From Octopus bimaculoides (lineage: Eukaryota): a DNA stretch of 64,000 nt. Each line of letters starts with the position of its first letter. Position 1 is the stretch's first letter. Made by a program: the position numbers and the translations under genes. The stretch covers positions 15,008,516-15,072,515 of the forward strand of contig NC_069002.1 in the NCBI RefSeq assembly GCF_001194135.2, in the 5' to 3' direction. The notes beneath the pieces were generated by a model. That model worked only from the letters and a program-made list of their open reading frames with translations. It made no database searches and was not told the DNA's origin. Of the stretch, positions 12,993-24,533 are shown piece after piece.

Positions 12993-15770
12993 ATTAAAGC
13001 TGAAAGAATTTTACAAACTGTTACTCAGAGTTTCAATTAACTGATCATCAGACAGCAGTGATAATACAAACTAGCAAAGCAATCTCTGGCAACAAATATT
13101 TTCATTTTCTCATTATCATTATCATAATCATCATCCTTTAATGTTTTCCAGAGAGATGCACCAAGTTCCAGTCTGATTTGTCTTAGTTTCTATGGCTAGA
13201 TGCCCTTCTTAATGCCAACCATTTTACAGAGGGTACTGGGTGCTTTTAATATAGCACTATTATACTGTCTTTTTATATAGCACCATTATACAGTTTGTCT
13301 TTAGAATGCAAAATGATAGCTTTTGGAATGTGAGACCATTTTTTAATAAACCAACTTAGAAGCGCCGAGTAAGATAGTATTTTACATAATATAGAGTAAA
13401 TCTTGAATGCAGAATAGCTGGGGAAACAGCTTAGAAGATTGGGTCTCTGTTTATTTTCTCTTATTCCTTTCTATTGAAGAGCATAGGCTCGAAACATAAA
13501 AGATTTTCTCACTTTTCAGAGCATCAAACTAATACACCTGCTTGTTGTTCATACACTTGTCTTCATCTTTTGTTTTACTGTAAATTTCAACTATATATAT
13601 ATCAACATCATCATCGTCATTTAACGTCTGCTTTCCATGCTAGCATGGGTTGGACGATTTCACTGAGGACTGGTGAAACCAGATGGCTGCACTAGGCTCC
13701 AATCTGATTTGGCAGAGTTTCTACAGCTGGATGCCCTTCCTAACGCCAACCACTCCGAGAGTGTAGTGAGTGCTTTTACGTGACACCCGCACGAAGGCAA
13801 GTCAGGTGGTACTGGCGACGGCCACGTCCCAAATAGTGTATTTTCCGTGTCACCTGCACAGGAGCCAGTCCAGCAGCACTGGCAATGATCTCGCTCGAAT
13901 GTCTTTTCACATACCAAGAAGGCGATGCTGGGCACAGGTGCCAGCACGATTTCCCTATACATACATACATATATNNNNNNNNNNNNNNNNNNNNNNNNNN
14001 NNNNNNNNNNNNNNNNNNNNNNNNNNNNNNNNNNNNNNNNNNNNNNNNNNNNNNNNNNNNNNNNNNNNNNNNNNNNNNNNNNNNNNNNNNNNNNNNNNNN
14101 NNNNNNNNNNNNNNNNNNNNNNNNNNNNNNNNNNNNNNNNNNNNNNNNNNNNNNNNNNNNNNNNNNNNNNNNNNNNNNNNNNNNNNNNNNNNNNNNNNNN
14201 NNNNNNNNNNNNNNNNNNNNNNNNNNNNNNNNNNNNNNNNNNNNNNNNNNNNNNNNNNNNNNNNNNNNNNNNNNNNNNNNNNNNNNNNNNNNNNNNNNNN
14301 NNNNNNNNNNNNNNNNNNNNNNNNNNNNNNNNNNNNNNNNNNNNNNNNNNNNNNNNNNNNNNNNNNNNNNNNNNNNNNNNNNNNNNNNNNNNNNNNNNNN
14401 NNNNNNNNNNNNNNNNNNNNNNNNNNNNNNNNNNNNNNNNNNNNNNNNNNNNNNNNNNNNNNNNNNNNNNNNNNNNNNNNNNNNNNNNNNNNNNNNNNNN
14501 NNNNNNNNNNNNNNNNNNNNNNNNNNNNNNNNNNNNNNNNNNNNNNNNNNNNNNNNNNNNNNNNNNNNNNNNNNNNNNNNNNNNNNNNNNNNNNNNNNNN
14601 NNNNNNNNNNNNNNNNNTATACATATATAATCATAAATATATAGGGATTGACAGTAACCTGCTTCTCCAACATACTGAGAATTCAGAAATAGCAGCCAAA
14701 GAACTACTGATTCCAAAACTACAAATTATTACTCTAAATTGATAGCGATAGTTTTGATACACACAGAACAAAAAACAGTAGAGAAGAGTAAAAACCACTT
14801 GCCTTTAGTTAATTTAGTACGATCGTTTCACAGTTAAGAGCAAAGAATACTCCATTCTGATCTTCAGCTAAATATTATGTCTATATGTACCATAATACAT
14901 TACATTATAACTTTATTAAAGAAAATTTTCTTCAATTATATTCCAAATGTTCATGACGAGTTAGAATGCAATTTGTTTTACAAAACCCTGACAGATTCTT
15001 TATTATTTGAAAGTTAATTAAAAGATACAAGCAGTACATTTCATTTGATATTAAAAAAATGTTAATTAGAAATACTGTATAATTACCTCATATGGTAAGG
15101 TTTTATGCCTGTACATGACAAATTCACCCTCAAAGAAGTTATTGTAACGCCTGATAAATGGTAAAAAAAAAAAGAGATAAGAAAGAAAATTAGCACCTTA
15201 TATAATGTCTAAATGTATTTTCATTTTCAAACATGAGAATAAAGTACTCAATGTATATAGCAGAGCATATTTATCTATTATATATTTTAGAAGTTTTGTT
15301 TTTCTTTCAGCTGACTCTTTTTGTGTAGCCTTTGTTCATCTACTGATGCCACTTTCTAAGTTTTCTCTTCCCATATACATATTTACACACACATGCACAC
15401 ACTCTATCATGACAATTTCTGTTTGTTTAAAAATTACCTATTTTTTGAAATACCAGGAAATGTCTTACCTTCCATCAAATGTTGTCACGTGAGGATCGTT
15501 AATGGAACGACACAATGCTAATGAATCATTGTCTTCAATATTGACCTGAAAAAGAAGTGAGAGAAAATGTTAACTGGTTAAACATGCTTCAAATTTTATA
15601 TCTGTTTACTGGTTTCACCCATTTTACTTGTAGCCCTGCTGTTGTGGTACAGCATTCTTGGGGTTTTGTGGAGTATACCAGTCCCAAGTACTTTGTTTAG
15701 TACATATTTTGAAGAAGAAGGAGGAGGAGGAGGAGAAGATGAAGGAGGATAAGAAGGAAAAGAAGGAGGA

Positions 15771-15801
<31 letters not shown>

Positions 15802-18800
15802 AAGAAGAAGAAGGAGAAGAAGAAGGAAAAGAAGAAGAAGAAGAAGGAAAAGAAGAAGAAGAAGAAGGAGAAGAAGAAGAAGGAAAAGAAGAAGAAGAAG
15901 AAGAAGAAGAAGAAGGAAGAGGAGGAGGAGAAGAAGGAAGAGGAGGAGGAGAAGAAGAAGGAGGAGGAGGAGGGGGAGAAGAAAGAAAAGAAGAAGAGTT
16001 TACTTACATCAACTTTCCCAAGTGATTTAACTGAGTCAGATATTTGATCAATCATAATGTCTGCAAACACTTCGATTTTCCTTTGTTGTTTCTTATCAAT
16101 TAAGGCATCAAGGCTTGCACTGATTGGGATCGTGATGACAGAATGTGATAGCATCATGTCCACATGGTACTGACAGAATTTCGTCGTGTCAGAAGGCATT
16201 CCTTTCCAACCAAACAGTGCCTGACTCACATAATGGTTAGTTTGGGGACATTTGATGTCAGTCTTTACTTCTGGTAGAACCGGGTGTATATTTAACTGGC
16301 AGAACTCTTTTCTGTCTTTTGGTTCACACAGCAAACGTGGAGGGAAGTCGATTTGAACTTGAATATCAGCTGATCCTTGGCCTTCTCTGATTGTAAGTGT
16401 TTTGGTTTTAAGCTGTAACAGATCGAAAATAAGGAGAACAATGAGTAAACAAGGCAGACCCTCATCACAGGCCCTCAACTCCTGCAATGAGAAAGAGATG
16501 ATCCTAACATTGGAATGATACTTTATTGGTTTTGAAATGATGAAAAGCAAAGTTGACTTGAGAAGGATTTGAACTCAGAGAGCCAGAACAGATACTGCAA
16601 GCTATTTTATTCAACACACTAATGACTCTGCCAGTAAAATACTTTTTGTTTTGGATGATTTGTACAAGGAAAGTTTATAGGAGATAGCTACCCCTGATCG
16701 AGTGGAGGCGCAATGGCCCAGTGGTTAGGGCAGCGGACTCGCGGTCATAGGATCGTGGTTTCGATTCCCAGACCAGGCGTTGTGAGTGTTTATTGAGCGA
16801 AAACACCTAAAGCTCCACGAGGCTCCAGCAGGAGATGGTGGCGACCCCTGTTGTACCCTTTCACCACAACTTTCTCTCACTCTTACTTCTTGTTTCTGCT
16901 GTGCCTGTATTTCAAAGGGCCAGCCTTGTCACACTGTGTCATGCTGAATATCCCCGAGAACTATGTTAAGGGTACACGTGTCTGTGGAGTGCTGAGCCAC
17001 TTGCACGTTAATTTCATGAGCAGGCTGTTCCGTTGATCGGATCAACTGGAACCCTCGACGTCGTAAGCGACGGAGTGCCAACAACCCCTGATTGAATTCT
17101 CCATAAAATATTGTTATACAATGTATTCAAAATATCAGCTGTTGCTTAAAAACAGAGTCAAAGCATCAAGTAATAGCTTTTTTCTTGTTGTTGTTGCCGT
17201 TTAGCCAGAGTCAGTTCTATGATCCAAGAAATTGCAGCCTTGACATTGCAATTTTGTTAGGCATAGTGTATCTTGTACTACACAATTTAATGAACTGTTA
17301 CATTAGTTAAAGTGCATGACATGCTGGTCTCTAATCAGACATTCTTAAACACTTGAATCATCTTCAGAACTGAGAGAAACCTCAAAATTGTGTTCCTTGG
17401 CAGATCCTCCATAATGACATGAATAATGTTATAGTTTTCAAAAGTTACAGCGATTACAGACATAAAACTGTAAGACATATTATTCAATTTTATTGTCTCA
17501 TGTGAGAAGATATCATTTATATAGTAAAGAAAATACCAGCATTTATTTCTTTGCCTATATAATATCGATATCAAAAATGGATGAGTATATCTAATCATCA
17601 AAATTCACAACCATCTTTTCTTTTCTTTTAAGCAATAATGTACCTACTAATAGTGTGCATAGGGCAATGTTATTCAATGTGTCCTTTCTTTTTGAAGGTG
17701 ACAGGGTGTATTTTGAGGGAGATTTAGATAATATTTCTAGCAAGATGAGCAATCACATAGCGACTTGTTTGTTGGTTTGTTATATCGAAGAAAATGTAAT
17801 CTGCAAATGACTCTTAGAAACAAATGTGAAATTTGTTGCGATGTGGAATTATTGTAAAAATTCAAAATTTGTGGTATGTTTGTTGACCAGTTAACATATA
17901 TACAAATCGGAAGTTGTTTCTTGGAATGATTGTACACTAAAAACTAAAAACAACTGCAAAGATCTACTTACATAAATCTGTGGTACAATTGGTATGCTGT
18001 TTATCCATTTACTGCCCGTCAGATCACACGTGGTAGACAAACATGTGGATACTTGACAAATTAACTGTAAAGAACAATTTACGATTAGGTTAAGGACTTA
18101 ATTACAAGTCGATTAGTGCAGATATTAGTGTGTGGTTAAAACGTTTGCTTTGCAAGCTTGTGGTTTTGGGTTCATTCATGCTGCATAGAACTGTAAACAA
18201 GTGTCTTTTTGCTGTTCCCTTACATAAAGCAATGCCATATTATACAAGGAATGTTCATAGCAGACAGGAACCTCTGTCCAAATTTCCCATAAACCATTCT
18301 GCTATTCTTTTACGCGAAGCAATGTCATATGCATGAAATTAATAAGTGGAAACTGTACAAGATAGAGTGTGTGTGTGTATGACCAGAGGTTCTCAATCAT
18401 TTTTTTAATCTCTGGACCCCTTTGATTACCATTTTATTCTGGTAGACCCCTAGAGCCTTTCAATATTTAAAAACTAGTTTTATTGAAACTTCTTTCAAAA
18501 TTCCTATTTTGTTTTTCACATTTTAACCTGTATAGGTTGAGCTATGTAAAATGTTAGGGGAAAAAAAAACTAGCTGTTTCTTGTAATATATACCAACACA
18601 TACATCTGAAGCAAACTTTTTTCAGGTTCCCTTAAAATACTATTGCAGATCTCCAATCTATTCTTTTGTTGCATGGGACCCTCAAAGGCCATATAGAACC
18701 CAGTTGAGAACCACTGCCTACAACTGTCCATTTGTGTCCAGCAACTTCCCTTATGTGGTGACACACTTTACAAGCTTTAGCATAAAACAACAGCAGCAGT

Positions 18801-21800
18801 GTCATCGTATGTGAATGTAGTGAAAACATGCATGGCCATTGAGTAGTTCACCATGTGAAACAGCAACGACATAAATATTTTACTTGGAAAGAAGTAAGGT
18901 TTGCAACAAGAAAAGCGTCCAGCCATAAAATACTGCATCAAAATACTGTGTCAAAGCTATATCAGTATAGAAAAAAATGGGTGAGAAAATCATGACTTGA
19001 TTAGAAATAGTTAAAAGGGAGAATATTTAGGTATTACAGACACCTGGTGATGAGTTAAACAGGTGATGACTTAAAGCTGTATAATGAGAGAGAGAGAGAG
19101 AGAGAGAGAACACAAAAGAAACTAGTGCCATGATATGAATGGTAGCAACAGACTCTACTAAAGTCATGTTAAGGCAAGGTTAAACCATGTAACAAATTCA
19201 TTGTACACCCTTTCTTCATGGACTGGGTATAGATGTTAACACAATAAAGAAAAATGAAGTTGGATAGAACATGTGATATTCATGAATGAAAATAGAGTGG
19301 TCACAGTGCAATCATTGATTATTCACTATCCAATCATAGATATTTGACTGATCTGAGTAAGCATCTACTGTATAGCTCTTTATTTCAACGAAGAATCTAA
19401 TAGTAATGACATTATTCACTAATTCAAGATCCACATCAGAACTTCACTCCACATTCCCAACTAAATTAACTCCATCTTTAGAAGAAGAAGAAGTGAAGGT
19501 GCATGGCCTTGGGGTTAGGGTGTTGCACACTCAGTTGCAAGATTATGGTTTCTTTTCCCAGACTGTGTGATGCGTTGTGTTCTTGAGCCAAAACACTTCA
19601 TTACACTTTGTCCCAGTCCATTCTGATGTAAATGAATAATCCTACAATGGACTGGCATCACACCCAGGAGGGATGTTGTGATCTCGACCACTCATACACC
19701 ATGGAGACTGGGCAACTCACTGTATGAGTCCCAGGACTTGAGGCATGACAGATTTGTTAATATGAGAGGTGAAACTAGTTTCAAATATTTACATTTACTT
19801 TACATTTCATCTTTAAACATAAGATCTGAGAAAATACAATCCCTTTAACAATGTTTCTCAGATGCTTAAGCTTTTGAAAATTAGGCCAATCTTAATTACT
19901 TTAAGTAAAATTGTGGTTGTCCTCGCATACAAGCGTGTCCCCTGCATCCCTCTCCAGCTGAGAATTCCTAATTTTGCAGGCTGATGGGTGCTGGTGCCAC
20001 ATAAAAGCACCCATACTGGTGCTGCATAAAGGCACCCATTACACTCTGTAAAGTGGTTGGCATTAGGAAGGGCATCCAGCCATAGAAACCATGCCAAAAC
20101 AGACATGGGGCCCGGGCAGCTCTTCAGTTGGCCAGCTCCAGTCCAACAGTCCAACCCATGCCAGAATCTAAAATGGATGTTACATGAAAATGATGATGAT
20201 GATGGTGATAAAATTAGTTTCCTTACCTTGCTGCCAAACTGGAACCGTGGAATCATGTCTTCATGTAGTTGATGTTTGTTTACATTATTTGGAAGGCGTA
20301 CTTCAATGATTTCCTTAGCATCAAGCTTCCACAGTAGTATATAACTGACATCAATTCTGTTCAGTGGTTTAAACTGACACGAAGCATTCAGGCTTTTGCT
20401 CTCTGTGTCATTATTATATTCAAAGCTGATCTCTGGTACAGTTTCAAGTTCAGGTGCCGCTAAAAACAAATAATTAACATTGAGTCAATATTAATTGATT
20501 TCTAAGAAAACGTAATTTTTTTTTTTATTACATTGTATTCTTTATTTATTTATAAAACTAATTCTTTTTACTTAGGCATAACACCAAAGTTTGAGAGTAC
20601 AAAAGTCTGTATTGGCTTCAATTATGAAGTGAATCAACATTTATTTATAAAAAAAAAAAGAGGAATTCAGAGAAAAAGAGGAATTCAGAGGGAAAAAATA
20701 GAATAAAAGATAACGGTAGTAGCAGTGGTGGTGGTGATGTTTATTTATTGTTTGCAATAGCTGTTGTTTGTTTGTTGGTTTGTTTGTTTGTTGGTAATCG
20801 TCGTAGTGTTGGTGTGGTAACAACAATTATTTGTGCTAAGGTGCATGTATTAAGTAATAGAGGAAAGATTGTGTTTTAAATTTTCATTCACAAAAATAGA
20901 ATGTTTGTTGTCAGCTCCTTACTATTTCCTCCTCCTCCTCCTCCTCCTCTTCATCATCATCATCATCCTCATCCTCCTCCTCCCAAAACAACACCTTACA
21001 AATGTCATCACCACTACAAACTATCATGGTTCTCAGAGTATGTATGTATGATAGTATGTATGTATATAGGTTTGTATGTATGCATCTGCATGAGTGTGTG
21101 TGTATGAGTGTGCATGTGTGTGTGTATATTTCTGTAGACATGTTTATGGTTATATATCTGTATTTGTTTTAACGTATATTGTCATTGCCACTTTTGTATC
21201 ATGTTGCGGTTTTATAACATATAACGGGGTATTATACGGTACTGCAAAACAGGGTAGACACCAACTGTCTCCACTTGATGTATTCCTAAATAACCAGCCA
21301 GTCCATTTCACTAACAACAGTCAACTAAAATTCTCTGAGTTCACTTGGAAAACTCATGCAGTTTCTATGAGTTTTGTTCATTGTAACAAATTCACTTGCT
21401 CAGTTTATTATAACTTTCTACTTTGTTTCTACCTTTAAAGTAATATTGTGCACTGACTTAATTTTCTATTAGTTTGGGGAAAAAAAATCTTGTTTGCAAA
21501 AAAAAAAAAGAAAAAGAAAAAAAAAGGAAAATGTACAAAAATAATCTAAAATTTTCAAAAATGTTGCTGAAAGAATTCTTACCTGTATCCAACTTTAGAT
21601 ATTCTCTTACTTGTTTTACAGCAGTAACAATTGTCCATGCTCCAGTTATGAAACGACCAAAAACTTTTTTCTCAAATGTTGTTCCAAAGAATATGTGAGT
21701 GGATCTTGGAGCTGCTGTTTCTTGTTCAGTAAATTTCGCTGTCGCAACTACCTTATGATTAATGAGAAGTGACAGACCAAATTGCTCATTCCAAGAAAAT

Positions 21801-22461
21801 CCTGCATAGAAAAATTTTTTCATGTTTTTCACCGAAGTGAAGACTGTCCAGTCTTTTTTACCTTTGACAATGTTGACATAAAGTTTATAATCAGAGTAGA
21901 AAATCTGTAAAAAATAGAGGAAAGGGACCATAAAAATAGTGAACAACAACAGGTTTTTATTAAAAATGTTGCAGTAGTAACTCTTCGTAAATTGAAGTAT
22001 ATTTGCCACTTAAATGTGGCTGACCCCTAAGGGTGGATGTTACTGTTGCTTTTAGCCCCAGGAGAACATCTCCTCCAGCTGGCTATTGACACACATCTGT
22101 GTCCTGTCTGTATTTGCAAAGGGAAGTCATCCTTCCCATCTTGATCTGCGATATGTACGGACTCGAGTTTCTGGGTATTTACCCGTCCTCAGCGTACGAC
22201 AATCGCTGACCTTTGATGCGAAAAATGTCCCGATGAAAATACATATATCCTTTTTCCAGTGAAATTATTCACTGATCTCAAAAAAGGGAAAACAAGCAAT
22301 GTTAAATCTGTTATACATCGTTCAGAGATTTAACAGTTCATCGTAAATTGTTTTATTTATAAAAAAAAAGAGAGAGAGAGAGAGATGTGTGTGTATGTAA
22401 ATATATATGTATATATATATATATGTGTGTGTGTGTGTGCATGTGTATGTAAATATATACG

Positions 22462-22503
<42 letters not shown>

Positions 22504-23922
22504 CATGTCTTTGTATTTGTCCCCCACTGGTGTTTGTTTGTTTATGTTCCTATAACTTAGCAATTTGACAAAAGAGACCAATAGAATGAGTATGAGGCCT
22601 AAACAAAATAAGTGCTGGGGGTTGATGGTTGATTCCTTCAACTAAAACACTTCAAATAAGAGCCCCAGCATGGCCACAGTCCAATGGCTGAAACAAGAAA
22701 GAGGTAGAAGGTAGTAATTATAAACAAAGCTAACTGCCCCCCACCCCCACCATCCCACCATGCCCATCCCTGCACAGGTAAACTATACTATACTTCTGAG
22801 CAGTAGGATATAGCATTTTTAGTGAAGTCTGAGGTTTGAGATGTATTGGTCATGGTTAAAGGGAGTGGTAATGGTGTGTAGACTGTGGTAATGCTTTCTT
22901 GATATGTGAAATGACTGCTATGTGTGTAGCATAGCCAAGGAAAACAACAACAACAAAAAAGAATGGGAAATATAATGCATTTACCTTGACACCTTGTCCT
23001 TTGGCAGTTTCCATACTTGTTGAAAAAATTGTAAAGCTTTTCTTCATATCAGTGATTTTCAAATCAAATGAAACTGACAGACCAAATGGACAAAAGCTGG
23101 GGTCTTGCAAACAAGTCGCGGTACCAGTTAGCAGAAGATATTGTCCATCTTGCTTAAGGTCAATGTATTTGCCTCTTCTTGGTCCTTCAACCAAGCCAGG
23201 TTTCCCAAACACCGAAATATTAACACTTGTTGTGATCAAGACGTTGTTCTCAATTTGCAAGAAAATGATAACAATTAGTTGCATTTGATTGACTGAAAAG
23301 AAATAAGAAAAGAAAGAATTAAAATAAGCAAAAATATTTAATCACTGACTTCAATTAAATTTTACTCATTTAATTATCAGTAGGCACATGCATGATCATG
23401 TGGCAACAAAGTTTACTCTTCAACCACATGGTTTCAGGTTCATTCTTACAGCATGGCACCATGGCCAAGTGTCTTCTAACAGAACTTTGGGTTGGCCAAT
23501 ACCTATAGAGAGAAATTGGTCTGCAGAAATATATACAGAAATCTTGCTCATGTATGTTATATGTGTGTGTGTGTGTGTATGTGCGTGTGTGTGTGTGTGA
23601 AGGCTTAGTGTGGCTTAGGGGTTATTCGACTCACAATGGCAAGGTCGTGAGTTCAATTCCTGGAGACACATTGTGTCCTTGAGCAAGAGATTTTATTTTA
23701 CATTGTTCTAATCCACTCAGCTGGCAAAATTGAACAGTACTTGTGTTTCAAAGGGCCAGGCTTGTCACACTCTGTGTCATGCTGAAATGCCTTGAGAACT
23801 ACGTCAAGGGTACTTGTGTCTGTGGAGTGCTTACTGACATGCATGTTAATTTCACAAGAAGGCTGTTCCATTGATCAGATTAACTAGAACCCTTGCCATA
23901 ACCAACAAAGTGCCAGTCATAC

Positions 23923-23955
<33 letters not shown>

Positions 23956-24168
23956 ATAATAACAACAATCCTTTCTACTATAGGCACAAGGCCTGGAATT
24001 TTGGGGAGGGGGTAAATCAATTACACTGATCCCAGTATTTAACTGGTACTTAATTTGTTGACCCCAGAAGGATGAAAGAATGTAAACAAAACAACAGCAT
24101 TTGTCAAGTGGTGAAACACACAAACACAAATTTATAATTACATCAATGTGTGTGTGCATATGTATACA

Positions 24169-24235
<67 letters not shown>

Positions 24236-24482
24236 GTATATTCTTTTATTCTTTTACCTGTTTCAGTAATTTGACTTCGGCCATGCTTGAGCACTCCCTT
24301 TAAGGGTTTTTTTAGTTGAAGAAACCTTATTCTTTGTAAGCCTAGTACTTGTTCTATCAATCGTTTTTGCCAAATCGCTAAGTTACAGGGCATAAACACA
24401 CCAACATTGGTTGTCAAGTGATGGTGGTGGTGGTGGAAAACACAGACACAAAGACCCACATAAGTATACACACACACACACG

Positions 24483-24533
<51 letters not shown>

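Noticed and set aside
12510-14742. Long ORFs in the track spanning N runs
   Set aside because: Artefacts of translating gaps and (TA)n/(GA)n repeats.
15658-16047. Poly-Lys/Glu ORF (+) and poly-Phe/Ser extension (-)
   Set aside because: Translation of a GAA/GAG microsatellite; the real exon ends at the GTAAGT donor at 16007.
16702-16780. tRNA gene calls at SINE heads
   Set aside because: A/B-box-like heads continue into ~300 bp of shared SINE body with TSDs and lack a complete cloverleaf acceptor stem.
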